The position numbers and the translations under genes are program-made. Below the pieces are notes generated by a model that made no database searches, was not told the DNA's origin, and saw only the letters and a list, made by a program, of their open reading frames with translations. Source: Syncephalis fuscata S228 (lineage: Eukaryota > Fungi > Zoopagomycota). From it: a stretch of 64,000 bases of DNA. Each line of letters opens with the position of its first letter. Position 1 is the stretch's first letter. Shown here piece by piece: positions 26,291 through 40,789 of the stretch. The stretch lies in NCBI GenBank assembly GCA_025786725.1, contig JAHLTZ010000039.1:117186-181185 (forward strand), read 5' to 3'.

Positions 26291-29200
26291 TCATTGGGAA
26301 GTAGTGGTGGTGGTGGTAGATTTGGCAGTATGAATGGCCATAGTACGTTTACGACGTAGACCTGACCGTAATCCACGAATAGCATCATCAAAGTCACCTT
26401 GAGTCAGAGGATTTGAAGCGAGAAGATTTGAAGATTTGTGTACCTAAAATATAATAATGATTAGTTATATAACAAGTAAAGTATTTATTATTACCGGTTG
26501 AATGGCATGAGAAGCGGTAACAGTTATTCGTTTCTGTTGTTCAGCTTCATTTTCCTTATGTGCTTTCTATAATATTATTTTGTTGTTATTATTATTAGTT
26601 AAATATATATATATATGTGTGTGTGTGTGTGTATTGCTTACTACAAGTGCCGATGAGAAAGATACAACAATTGAGAAAAAGTCTTCAGGTTTAGTGGCTG
26701 GATCTTCACCAAAATAGATCATCAATTCTTGTAATTCTTGTTCAAGTCGTGAAGCAAGTTCCTCTAAACTGCCAACCGTCGAATCGGCTCGTTTAACAAA
26801 GTTCTAAATATATTATTGTTACATGAATAGGTTTAATTGCGTAGAGTATAGTTACTTACATTCATAACGATAAGAAAACGGTCTTTTGCATCACGATTCT
26901 TCATATTGCTTAGTGTACGTACTTCATTGCGCACATTCTGCAATCCTTGTACAAGACCACTAGCCGATGCTAGCAATGTACTAAATGATACTATAGACCA
27001 TATAGTTGGTTAGTTCAGTGCCTATACCAGTATAGTAATATCAGTGTCCATGTCGCTCACCTCGTGCTGCTGCCTCAACATGTGGCAATTCATCCATAAA
27101 GTTTAATAATTCATTATTATCTTTATGCAATAAATAGGCCAAGTAATGTAATAAAGTAGCTGTGCCCAATTCATTGCCATCTTTTGATTTAATTTCCCTT
27201 AACTATTATTGTAATTATTTATAGATATATTAATGTTTCTATTAAATTACTTACCATTAATAAGGCATCCAATTGAAATCCATAGGCACCACCACGGAAA
27301 CTTGATCCATTCAAATAATTACCAATAGCCAGAATCATCTATTATTGACTCATTTATTAGTTACTATTAATACAACAAAGATTTTAATTACCTCAAGGAT
27401 TCGTGCAAATCGTTTCGACTTTCGTAATTCATCTACTGATTGGTGAAGAATAACCAATTCCTATAATAGGATACCATTATTTACTCGTTGATTACTTTTA
27501 ATTGCTATACTACTTACCGGCTTGACTTCTTCAACATCAAGTTCAAATCGTCGTTTGAAAATCATACTTGTAATACGATGTGATAGACGTGGAATAGTCA
27601 TGATCTATATTAGTTAATTAATTAGTCATCATTCTATATTATTAAATAGTCTATATATTACCTCTTTGAAGTACTGTTCTGCGTTACCTAGTGTAGAAAA
27701 GTCACCTTCATACGATGATAGCAATTGCATCTATATTGTTATTGTATTAGTATAGCAATACTACCATGCATTCCATACTAATATAGTTGTAAATTGACTT
27801 ACTTCTTCAATAGTTGGTATATATTGTGATATGGCTCGAAGATTCTCAATACTAAGTGCATTTTCATCCAACTCTAATATAGCACGTCGGATAGCTGGAT
27901 AACTAATCTTTATACGAACAATCATAATACCTATTTACATTATTAATACAGATGGTGTAATCTGTAATCAATACTTACCGATATTGTTTGCTCTATTTAG
28001 ATCCAATAAAGTGGTGGCTGTCGCTTTCTTTCTATTAATAACGGCCAATTTTGAACGTTGAGCTATTAATTCGTTGATTAGAGTTAATCCATTGTATTTA
28101 ATAGCAATATTAGTATTAATTACTTACCAGCTATTGTAGGCTTAGCGAATAGCTTCTCCAATTCCTCTACGCGAATACTAACATGAGTATCCGATAACTG
28201 TCCCCAGACTGTTCGTTCCAGTATATTGGTGGGTACCTTCTTCCAGAACAGTGGCTATTAAGCAATTGATTAAATATCTAGGGCTATATTAGTAATATAG
28301 TAACTTACACGCATAGGTACATTTGGTTTAATAATTGGCTTTTGTTGAGGAAGTGCCTGTACTGTTGTAGCAGCACGAGACATATTACGAATCGTTGTAG
28401 ATTGTAGTGATACACCTCCAGGTGGTGGTGGCGGAGGAGGAGGAGGCGGTGGTGGTGGTGGCCCATCATTTGTTTTACCAGACTTTAATATAGATTTAGG
28501 GAACTTGCCATTACTGCCAGGTGGGGTGGAGGTGGAAGTATAGGACCACATTGGTAATGGTGGAGGTGGTGGCGGTGGAAGTATAGCACCACTATTTGGT
28601 AATGGTGGAGGTGGTGGCGGTGGAGGTATAACAGATGCTGTATTTGCATTTGCTACTTTTAATCGAATACCAGCATTGCCTGCTACTGGTGGTGGCGGTG
28701 GCGGCGGTGGTGGTGGTGGTGGCGGGGCAATAGATTCTGTATTGGCTACTTTTAGCTTAATGCCTGCATTAGCTTGTACTGGTGGTGGTGGTGGTGGAGG
28801 CGGTGGCGGTGGTGGTGGCGCAGTAAAAGCTGCATTGGCATTTGCTACTTTTAATCTAACATTTCCATTAGCTGGTGCTACTGGTGGTGGAGGCGGTGGT
28901 GGTGGTGGTGGTGGATTAGGATAAACGCGTGATAATGGACGAATACGTCGCGCTGCTACTAATTGAGACTGCAATTGGTCAATTTTAGATTCCATTTCTT
29001 TAACTTGTTGTTCTTTATGTTCTGCTACAACTTTTTCTTGTTCGTACTAGTCAATTATGACATTAATATTAATTAAATACGCGTTATTAAAGCATACCTT
29101 TTGAATGGCATCATTAGCCTTTTGCTGCAATGCTTCCAGATCTTTAGTGATGTATTCGCGTTGTGCAGCTTCGTGTTGTAGCTTTTCAATAGTTAAACGC

Positions 29201-32200
29201 ATTTCAGCCATCTCTTTATCCTTATTGGCAATGCCTTCAAGTGTTGTATGAATAGCAAATCCAGCTGCTTCTCCTTTCTCCGCCGAAGGTGTGTCCACTG
29301 TTGCTACACTGGCCAGTACCGATTCAACTGTTTGTTCATATCGAGCACACACTGATTCGAGTGCCCGTTGTAAGTAGCGCACTTCTTTATTGCGCAGTTC
29401 AGCATCATCAATTAATTCAGCATTCTACAACATTTAATTAATTATTAAAGTAATTATTAAACATATATATAATTACCTTGGCTTTATAACTTTCCATCTC
29501 ATCCATAATGGCCGTCCATTTATTGTCGAAATCTTTGTTTGATTTATCACTTCGTTTGGCCCGTGCATCTTCATCCAACTAATAATCAATTAATATATTA
29601 TATTACTATTGATTCTAATAAACACAAATAGTAACTTACTAGATATTCAGATGTATCAATACGTTCATTATGCTTTTTCGATAAACGATCAATAAGTGCA
29701 GTTAATTGTTCAATCTGCTTTTCGCGTTGAATAAGCCGCTGAACTACACCTGCCAAATTCTCCCGTTCACTTGGTCGTCCAATGGTTAATCGCTCCGGCT
29801 TCTCCTCACCATCTGGCTAAAATAATGGATTAGAACAATCTACAGCAATTATTAAATTCATTAATTACTTACACTATGTCGACGTGGCAATGTATTGGTA
29901 AAGGTCATTTTTAATGATGTAAGTTCAGCATCTTTAATATCATATAAACGCTCATATCTATTTTTCTATAATAAACATATTAATAAACATTATGTTACAG
30001 TATATATATATATATAGCAATTCATACCTCGTCCCGCGCTTTGGTCGCTTCTTCGGTTAAATTTGCTACTTTCTTTTCCAAATTAGCAATTCGATCCGCA
30101 TCTTCAAATAACTTTTCTGATGCTGCTGATTTGCCTAAAATATGCTGTACTGATTCACGGAATTGTCGGATACATTCTGGCCATTCTATAAATAGTACAA
30201 TACAGTCGAATAAATACTAGATCTGTATAATTACACATTTACTGTACCTTCATCTAAATGTTGTGCCTTTGAAAGCTGTTCTGTAAACTTTTCAATTAAT
30301 ATTGCTGTATCAGCATGTGAATTACTATATGTACATTATTAGATTACTCAATTCAAGGTATTATTTACAACTTACTCATTTGTTTTTGACATAGCCATTA
30401 CAGAAAGATAACGAATTGTTGCTGCCATAGATTGTCGTAGTGGATGTTCCTTATCAATATTATTAAATATAGTCGATAATGCAAATATAGGATCACTGTA
30501 TAACATACACCATCAATCATTGGTATTTAATTATCAGGCATTACTTACTCGTCATTTATAATAAGTGATTCACGATGCTTTTCTTGCTGTTGTTCTCTAG
30601 CATCTTCTAAAGCATCTTCATCGTAAACATCCAATTGTTTCTTTAATAGATCAGGTGGCAATGCTGCTCGAAGTGTCTATTTAATCAGTTAGTAATTGTA
30701 GCACTATTGATCCATAACTAAATGAATAACTCACCTTGAGCATATCTTCAATACCACGTCTAAAAAACTCGCCTCTTAATGCTACACGCTCTTCAAGATC
30801 CTCTGGCGTGCCAATAATAGCATTAATGAGTGTAAGACATGCTGTGCGATACTCGAATCCTTCATCTGTTTCATCGCTTAATGACTGTACTAAGTATTCA
30901 AAGCGGAACTTTTCTTCATGGGCCACACGAAAGTCGGAAAAGGCTGCCAACACTAATTGATGTCCCTCGGCCGATAAAACGCACAATGCAGCCAATACTT
31001 CTGCCACCAATGTGCGTAATTTGTTGCTAGTCGTATAAGTACCATAGGCAATATGTGCCACCAATGTTCTCGATTGTAATACTTGCTCAAAGCCTGGTTC
31101 TGTATTCAGTAATACACGTAAACATCGAACACATTCCAATTGAGCATCTGTGTCAAGATCGGCTCCATCGGTGGTAGCATTGGTACTAATCGGTTTAATG
31201 GTGTTAATGTTAGCGTTAAACAGACTAGTATTGCTTATTTACCTTTTCTTAGTGGCTGTCACTTGGGCAAGTACTGAATCTAATGCAACTAATCCACCAG
31301 CATCAAGAAATTCACGAATCCAACCAAGTTTTGCTGTAGAAAGAGTAACACGTAGTGATAACAAATCTTTTACCATAGCTCTGGATGGCATTTGTCTATA
31401 ATGTATTTATATATATATAAGTATCTAATACAATAGTATACAATCATTATTAACAAATAGCTACTTACCTTGATTGAAGTCGTTCTACATAAGATATAGG
31501 TGTTGTTTCCTCTTCATCGTGCTTATCTGTTGTATAACCAAGCCATGCACTTAATAAACTAGTAACACCACCGCTACTGCCGCTACCACCAAATGAACCT
31601 GAACGGCCACGACTATGACGTCCACTGAATCGACCATCTAAACTGGCCGTTTCAAGTCCACCTAAACTATCGGCCAATTCATCTTCTTCATTACCGTCGA
31701 CCGTGGCGACATACATAGTCGATCGATGGTTACTAGACATAGTACCGGAACTGCCAAGTATTTGCGGCTTAGGCGCAAACATAACACGGTTTTCTTTGAG
31801 TGAATTAAATGGATGGTAGCCGGTAATAGCATTAACAGCTGCCGATGCAGCCGCCACAGCTGATTGCGTAACTGACGATGAAGTAGATGTCGAAGAAATA
31901 GTAGATATAGCTACAGCTGACGATTCATGTTGTCCTGGTACTCCGTCTGTATTACCATGGCCAGAATTAACACGCTGCATTGTATTTACTTGATTATTCT
32001 GTCGAATTAGTGTGCGTTTACGTTCATCATCCATAGCAAGCATATTTTTACGCAGTGTTTCATCCCTCATATTCAAATCATCCTATTATAATTATTAGAT
32101 ACTAATCAGTTAATATTAATGTATACTTACCAATAATGCAATAAATGCTGTCTGCAATGCTTCTCCCTCGAGTAATGCTACTTCATCTTCTCCTTCATTC

Positions 32201-33482
32201 TCACCGGTCATGACGATCGATCCACGTGCATATTTGGTCCAATCGGCACCGCTTTTTGGCCGATTTTTACTTGAATCTCCGCCTAGCCAATTTGAAATAC
32301 CGCCAGCCAATGGAATTGGTGACATTAACGATGCTCGTTTACCTGCTAGCTTTTCTGGATCAACGCTAAATCGATTACGTGGATCGGTTGGCGTGGCATT
32401 ACTATCATGGTGAATGCGGGCCTGTGGATTAATGCCGCGTGTCGTTTCTTCTTCTTCTTCTGCCAAGCTACTGTTTTGATCTTTATCTACAGCTGCTGAG
32501 GATGAAAAGCCAAAAAAGTTATACATTGATAGTGGCCGTGTTCGACCATTTGAGCCTTTGCCGCCTAGCATGACCATCGATGTGGGTCGAGTAAATCGAT
32601 CGGCTAAATGCGATGTTAATGAACCAACACGTGAAAGCCAAGTAGATGGCAGGTGTAGTATAAAGCGATGTATGCCCACTGTCTCGCGATGAATCTGCAA
32701 TAACAGTTCTTCTTCATTAAGCAGTCGTGTTTCTAGTGCGTGGAATGCATATAAGCCATCTATTCACTAGTCTATTACTTTACTTACGTTCAGCGCCTTC
32801 CATGTCAGTAAATGCTAATGAAAGTACATAGTCAATGCCCGTAGGACTGGGCGGGTCGAGTGGAGCTAGGCGATATTCCTCCATAATATGCACAATCAAG
32901 TTACGTACATTCATTTGTGGCGTTACGTAGAAGTCACGCTCATAATGATCGGGTAGTTCGTTGACATTGCGAAACATTACTCGTATACAATGGTTCACAT
33001 AGACCATTACAAATGGTGTAAAGTCGGCGTCTTGCAACGCTTCGGTGTCGACATCGTCGCATGACCCGCCAGAGAGAATGTGCTCAAGTTCTTTGAATAT
33101 ATGCACATGCTCATCAAGTATAATTACTATACAGCCGTTAAATAAGCCACATTCGTAAACAACACACTATATGCTTACCTTCTTCAATCGCTCGTAACTC
33201 ATTTGGCGTATACTTTTCTACAAGCCCATTACGCATTAATAGAGCATATATTTAGTATACAAATAACTTACTGGGCTGTTTTAGCTTTGGCACTACACGG
33301 ACTAGCTTCCAGCGGTCCAGTATATGCTCTGGGCTATCTTCTGAAGTGCCAATGTCGTAACCGTCAAGATTTTCAGTTACTAGCTCACGTATTAGGTCGG
33401 CGACAGTCCCGTCCTCGTCAAGGAACGTAGCTAGCAAGGTACCGTCTACCAGACGGACCTGAATGATGTCCTGACGACCCAT
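26291..33482 (-). CDS. Formin (GBD/FH3, coiled coil, FH1, FH2, DAD)
   Basis: [13 protein letters not shown] (GBD/FH3), polyproline tracts 28420-28920, FH2 motifs LFWKKVP and [22 protein letters not shown]-terminal DAD-like [16 protein letters not shown]. Start codon uncertain. Confidence 0.93.
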
Positions 33483-33768
33483 AAACCGGCTGTCCAGGAC
33501 AAATGCAAAACTATACAAACAAAGCGAAGGCTATAAGGTAGATGATAACGGTCGATATAAACGCTACTGCTTAGCGGTAGAAACAAAGAAAGGCATTAAA
33601 TCCCGCAGACTAAAAAACAAACAAAAGAAAGCGGAGAGTAGTAGTGTGTCCGACGCCTTTAGAACGAGCGATTGCGTCGTTGTCGTTCTAAAGGCGGACA
33701 CACTCGGCGTCACGGAGGCATGACCAAAGTGTCACGTGAGTACCAAATGCTCACGCGGCAAAACGTTA

Positions 33769-33840
33769 TGCCTCCTGACGGGATCGAACCACCGGCCTTT
33801 CCGTTACGAGCGGAACGCTCTACCACTGAGCTAAAGAGGC
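33769..33840 (-). tRNA. tRNA-Thr(CGT)
   Basis: GCCTCTTTAGCTCAGTGGTAGAGCGTTCCGCT-CGT-AACGGAAAGGCCGGTGGTTCGATCCCGTCAGGAGGCA folds as a cloverleaf with A and B boxes; no intron; T4 run downstream. Confidence 0.95.
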
Positions 33841-34263
33841 TTTGTAAAAATGTAAAGCTCTAAAAAATAAATGTTCCAGTTTTTTTATTTTGCTAAAAAA
33901 CTGCTTGTAGCGGCTTTTTAGTAACAATATTGTAATTGGCACATACATAGCACCGTAATTCTTGAATTTTTATTTATAAATACGGTGTTTTGAGCCTAGA
34001 GTGCTTGTAAAAGTGTAAATACAATATAAAATACTAAATAATTAGGTAATATAGTTATATTGGTATATTTTGCTTATTTATTTACTTACAAACCAACTCA
34101 TCAACATTCTATTTGTCCTATTTGTTTCATCTACGCTTTTATTTAGTGCGGTAACTAGGCTATAGTCTATGGACAAACGATACGTATAAAGTGATTTCAA
34201 CCGGAATGATGACGTATTCTTTTTTATTATCCATTCATACTGTTTAGCGAATACACATGCACA

Positions 34264-34688
34264 ATGTCTATACCTACTTTGCCACGCTTTCATACACTAA
34301 CACTATGCACAATCCGGCCTGTTCAAAGTCGCGTGCTGCGCTAGCTTTGTTGCAAGACCGAGCACCAAATGCACATCCGCCATTTGAGCTTGATGTTGTT
34401 GATTATTTAAAAAGTCCACTAACTAAAGATCAGTTACGCTCACTTACCTCCTATCTTGTTACTGGCAGTGACAATGGTCCAGCACTACGTCAATTGCTGC
34501 GCAATGAGCCAGAGGTCAGTAGTGCGGTGGGTACAGCACCTTCCGCTGAGCAGTTAGTCCAAGTACTTGTTGAACATCCTGGCTGGATGCAGCGGCCAAT
34601 TGCAATCGACTGGGTACGAGGACGAGCCGTTATTGGTCGTCCACCCGAAGCGGTACTTTCAATTAGCGAGGGAGTAGGAGAGGACTAA
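34264..34688 (+). CDS. arsC: ArsC-family (glutaredoxin-dependent arsenate reductase-like) protein, intronless
   Basis: HNPACSKSR, DYLKSPLT, LLR, HPGWMQRPI and IGRPPE match ArsC family motifs. Start is ambiguous: 34257, 34305, or 34264 with a 1-nt consensus error. Confidence 0.85.
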
Positions 34689-35155
34689 GTAATAAAGCGA
34701 TTGGTAGCAAGTTAAACTTTATAATGAAAATTTTAAACAAGATGACAGGTAGAATATGTAGTTTAGTTTATCGGCTATTTTGATAGTAATATCACTAATA
34801 TTCATTGTTATTAAAGGTTATAGCGATCTATTCCATTTGTTGTTTGATGTATCAGTTCACGTAGTGCATAACTAGTAATAACATTATTATACACATGATG
34901 TTATATGATTAACACTATATTGGTTCTTGGGTCACATCTTTAAACAATACAATTATACAGCTGCTTATTAAAATATAATAAATATCATTATCTAAATAAC
35001 CTTAGTTCAAACTGCTCATATAAAAGTTGTGATCTTACACAGCTTACACTCATGTGTCGTTTAAAAGCCATACAGTCATTTAGTAACCAAGTCAAGTAAC
35101 TTATTACCCATCTACTAATGGTAAATTAAACATTTTATTTAATTATAAATCAAAT

Positions 35156-36318
35156 TTATAAAATACGCGATAACATTTGTATATCTTCTTCCTCGGCTAT
35201 ACTCTCCTTTTCTCTAATAAGCCGTTCTCGAGCCATAACACCACTTCGAGCAGCCACGCTTAGCACACCAGATATCAGCTCAACTGCCCGTATATTGTCG
35301 TCGTTGCCGGGAATAGCATAAGTTACTAAACGTGGATCGCAATCCGTATCCACAAGTCCTATTGTTGGAATATTTGCTCGTTGTGCCTCAGCCAAAGCAA
35401 TTCTGTTTTCCATTGGATTTAATACAACCATTAAATCTGGTCGATAAATCGGTGCTTGCTTCTGACGTATTCTCTGTTGATTCTCCTCCATCATTGCTGA
35501 GTATTCGTCACGGTTACGAGTACGACGCTTAGTTTTTATGCCCATACCGGCTGCCTCAGGCGATACACCAGCCGTAAAACTAGCCACATCCTCATCCACT
35601 AAAGAAGCTGACTCTGGTGTCTCTAATACAATTTGATTCATCTGGCCCGATCCACTTTGAATTTGTGATCGACGTAGTAGTTTATACGCATTAGTAATAG
35701 TGCCGGCTATCCAGCGCTGTGCCACGTAATAGCCGCCGCATCGTCGTGCTGCCGATACTGGCAAGTGTTGAATGCCTGGTCGTGTGCCAATAAACAAAAT
35801 AATACCATCATCGGCTGCCACTTGTCGTATAACGCGACATGCACGTCGTAATTGCGTAAGTGTCACCTCCAGATTGATAATATGAACGCCGGCTCGTGTA
35901 CCAAAAATATATGGAAGATTCAATGGGTGCCATAGCTCTTGTGCATGTCCCAAATGAAGTCCACTGGCCAGTAAGCGTGCCACCGTAAGTTGGTCGGGTG
36001 TTATTACGTGATTCTGTGCCAAATCATCACCAAGTGCTAGCGCTGTGCTGCTGTTGCCTATAGACAGCTTAATTAAATTACTTTGCGCTAGCCAGTGTCT
36101 CTTACCAGTATTCATGCGATAATTAGGCTGTGTCAAAGGTGTATTGGTGGCCGACAGAGCTGGTCGAGCCATAGATATGGCGCGTAGACCCGTACGCTAC
36201 ACAATATAATTAATGCATTATTGATGAATACATCTCAATGTACGCGTATTTATGCTATATACAGATCTGCACCTACCCGAATCATGCTCTTGGCTATTAT
36301 ACTAGTGGTAACCAACAT
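35156..36318 (-). CDS. MRP4: Mitochondrial ribosomal protein uS2m
   Basis: LLASGLHLGH, YIFGTRAGVHIINL, RWIAGTITN, IPTIGLVDTDCDP and IPGNDD; basic N-terminal presequence with one intron at ~36197-36276. Confidence 0.9.
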
Positions 36319-36707
36319 GATAAATGACGTAGTGTAGTCGTAATGCCCAAGATCAAAGGGAAAGGAAGAAAAAGGCCACTATAAATTAAAACCGCTCAGT
36401 AAATGGTGTTTTTTCTCTAATTTTACATCATCTAAATATCACACTATTTGGCCATCGTCATATTCTCTTCTTTTTCGCCTATTCGTCTAGTTACTACTGC
36501 AGTTACTATTCTTATTAGCAAATATCCAGCCGTCTACTCTACTTTGTAATCAAACTATTACCTTTTTGACTTCCGTACTACATTTCTCCTTGTCTCTTAG
36601 TTACTTCTTTGTTTATTGTGTTATTGCTATTCTTATCGACACCACTATATTATACAAACTATATATTATCTTTTATACGCCATTTTGTTGTCATTGTCAC
36701 TATCTAT

Positions 36708-39642
36708 ATGTCTTTTCATCGACATAACTTGTCCGACGGTAGTGCTTGTCCACCTAGCCAGCCTTTTACACCGTCAGCCGACGATAGTAGCCATGATCTA
36801 ACGACTTCTGGTCCTGGCACTTCTGCTACGCCTTCTAGTGGCGATGAGCGTGTTTTATTTGCTACTGACACGTCCACGTCACCACCTATGGCTGTGCCAA
36901 TCCCGTCTGTGCAGTTACTACCGGCTTCTTTATCACCAACCGACAATAGCTCGATGTCTGTTGCTGCTCGTAGCTTACCGTTACAAACACACGATGAGCA
37001 ACGTCATAGCCAGTTTGGCTCAAGTGAAACCGTCGTACCGCCTATTGAACTATTAGCCAGCTCTTTGCCAAATAATATGAACGAGCATGGTATTTTACGG
37101 CAATCGGTCGATTCAGCCTATTTACGCTCTGCTTTAGAGCATACTCTTTCCGATGCCATTTATGCCGGTCCCAATAGTGGCCATGATTTATCACTGTCAG
37201 CCAGTGACACAACGCCATTACTTTCAGGGACAGGTCGTTCACGAGCTGTATCTGCACCGGTCCCACACGGCCTAAGACCTTTTCCATTGCCTACTACCGG
37301 GATTAGTTCACGTCCTATGCAATCACTGCTATCTCAACAACAGCAGCAACAACAGCAACAAACATTACAACGTCTTGGTGCCAATGTAACTTATCCACCG
37401 CCCCATTCACCTTGTCTATATCCCAGTGCGACTCCACGATACGACACCACTACACTTCGTGTCAATCCATTGGCTACTCGATCTATGCGCCCTCCTGCAC
37501 CCAACTATATTCATTATAATCCTTATTTGGCTGGTTTAAATCGACCAGCATCACGCACTGTGACACAATCTCCTTATACACAGTATCCTGATCGGTCTAG
37601 GCCTGCCACACCGCCTTTTGATGCAGCCAATCCATCGAGTGACTCTATACCTAGTTTTTCTTCACAACTACACTCATGTCCACATTGCCATAATGCCTTG
37701 TCTAGTACAGTACAAGTGTCTAATACGGCAACCGATGGTAACAGTGATCCACAATATATGCATACGCCCAATGAAGCCGCATCTATTGGTATAAGTAGTA
37801 ATGAACCAACTCCAAATACTGAAGCAAATAGAATGCGTCCAGGCCCTATACCGGTAACTAGACACGGACCTGGATTTACTCATTATTATGGAACTTCACC
37901 GCTTATTAGCGCTGCTGATATGCATCATCCAGGTTATCATGGACATGCCTATGGAGGCGATAGTAATAGCGGTGATCTATACTATGAGTTCCCTAGTCAC
38001 TATTCTTATCATCAACCGTATCAAACACTGCAAGATCCACGTCCTTCCGTTGATATAGATGAGCTTAAACAGATGTATGAACGTCGTGAGGCTGCAGCCC
38101 AACGCCAGGCAAGATTACGTTCAAATAGATCGCCCGTTTCTTCTGCTTATTACGGAGCAACAAATTCACGTGACCTTAATGACGGAGCCACTCTACGACG
38201 TCGTGGCGGCAATCTTTCCAATGTTTCTGCTTCGTTTAAAAATGGTCATGGCAGATTTATGTTTTATACGCCGACAGTTGGAGCTATTACTGCACCATCG
38301 TTTGAAGATATTGGCCTTGATGCAAGTATTCAAGTAGGTCCACCAAAAAGAGGCAGCTCACCAAAGTCTGGCACTATAAGACGTTCATCAGCCGTATCTG
38401 TAGCTGCTACTGCTACTGCTACTGCAGGATTGAATGATGAACCGGCCAGTCAAACGAAAGCAACTGGAACACAGAGTAAACATACTAAAAGTGAATCAGC
38501 TGATTTTAATGATGGGACTACATCAGATACACAGAAGATGGCTGATCAATTTGGCCGTGTATTGCACGAAGGTCCATTTTGGCTAGATGTTACATCGCCT
38601 ACTGATACAGAAATGCGTACACTTAGTAAGGTAATGCCATATAATAGTTGGTTAATTATAATTTTAACACATTGAATACTAGATATTCCGTATACATCCA
38701 TTGACAGCTGAAGATATTATGACAGAGGACACACGCGAGAAATGCGAGCTATTCCGCAACTACTATTTTATTTGTTTCCGTTCATTTGACGCTGATCCAC
38801 ATAGTGATACTTATTTGGAACCACTATCAGTGTTTACAGTAGTAATGCGTGAAGGGATTATTTCATTCCATCATCGACCAACACCACATGCACGCAATGT
38901 ATTGCGCCGTATTCGACAACTAACTGATTATGTTACCGTATCGCCCGACTGGATCAATTATGCACTTATCGACGATATAACTGATGGATTTGCACCACTT
39001 ATTGGCAATCTGCAACTAGAAGTGGATAGTATTGATGAACTAGTACTGATTCTAAAGGAATCAGAGCAAAGTGATATGTTGCGTCGAATTGGACATGCTC
39101 GAAAGAAGGTAATGACATCGATGCGACTTCTTGGTGCTAAAGCCGATGTGATGCGTGGATTAATTAAACGATGCGATGATCGAGTTGGTGGTGAAATTGG
39201 ATTATATCTTGGTGATATTCAAGGTATGTATATGTATATTTGATATATGAATATAATAGTAACACTATGACATAGATCATTTAATTACAATGTTGCAGAA
39301 TGTGGCACATTACGAAAAGATTATTGCTCGTGCACATAGCAATTATTTGGCACAGATCAGTATTGAGTTGACACAAACATCCAATGTTACCAACGATGTT
39401 ATGACAAAGCTGACAGTTCTTGGTACTATTCTAGTGCCAATGAACGTTGTTACTGGTAAGTGTAGAATAAATATGTAGTAGCTATCAGTTTAACTAGTTT
39501 GTTTACAGGTTTATGGGGAATGAACGTTGAAGTACCCGGTAGAGATATAGAAGGACTTTCATGGTTTTTTGGAATCATTATTGGCATGTCACTTCTTGGC
39601 GCCGTCTTATACATGTATCTGCGGCGTAATAAAGTCGTTTGA
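36708..39642 (+). CDS. ALR1: CorA-family Mg2+ transporter, ALR1-like
   Basis: FWLDV..P, FRIHPLTAEDI, WINYALIDDITDGF, YEKIIARAHSNYLAQ and LWGMNV (GMN motif); long disordered N-terminus with polyQ; 3 introns. Confidence 0.9.
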
Positions 39643-40789
39643 TCATGCATAGACCAAAGTATTAAGTATATGTTGAGTTTATTTTATCAAACTGGTATAG
39701 TCATTTAAATATTGATTTATTTTAGTAAAGATATTTAAGTATATTATGTTTATTAAGACATTTATAAGTGCCATTCTTATAGGTATAGATTGTAATTGTG
39801 CGTAGACAGCAATCAATAACAACTGTAGTACATTATTAGTAAAGTAAAATAATATATATATATATATATCGAATAAACACGAGTTTGTTACATAAATGCG
39901 CTATAATAATAGTAATCGTATCATAAAATACCTATTTAAATACGTAAATTTTATTACTGTTAACTGACTATTTTATCCAGGTTATCTGCTGACTGTTGAA
40001 TACAACTCATGGCAGCTTGTATTCGTAATGATAATGGTTGGTAGCAGCCATCAAATACTGACTATATCAGCGTTGATAGTTAATAGATTGCTATAGAATG
40101 CAGCACTGCCGCTTTAATTGAATTTGTAGATAACACGGCTTGCAAATACTGGATATATTATTGTATCTACTAAATAACTGTTAACCAGTATTAAATCTAC
40201 TGATTACAACCTTCGTTATACGAAAGTAATAACTAATAATAGTTTATGTTATTAATTGCGTTGTAATCAACCAATAAATCAAATAAATATGAGTATTTGA
40301 TGTTGGGTAAAAACCATTAATTATAATGCTACAGTGCACATAGTTATTGTAAGTATTCAGATACTTTAAATCATACACAGTATATCCACAAACTTCTACA
40401 TAACTATTGCACAAATAATAACACAGTTATAATGGTTTAACTATTGTTATTGATTATAAACATTATTTACAGTTGTTTGCGCTGTTAATAATAGTTATGG
40501 ATTGATAAACTACAATTCTCACATTAAATGATTACAATGGTGTATATGTTTATTTGAGTAATTATATTTTTTATTAATACATTGTATCATAGATATTGTG
40601 CCACTGTACCTATTTTGATTATAGATATCAATAAGCGTGACTTTTTTATAAAAAATAAATTATTTAGCATAATTGTAAATAAATGACTATATTATAACAT
40701 CGATAGCAAAGTATAGTTTAATATTATTGTTAAGCAATTACTTTTGCTAACATTTGTGCAATTAAGCTATAAATTTGCTTTATTGATAA

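Noticed and set aside
28676-28924. Poly-Gly ORF and other antisense ORFs over formin, Nup98 and pol
   Set aside because: Shadow frames of real genes on the opposite strand or in another frame.
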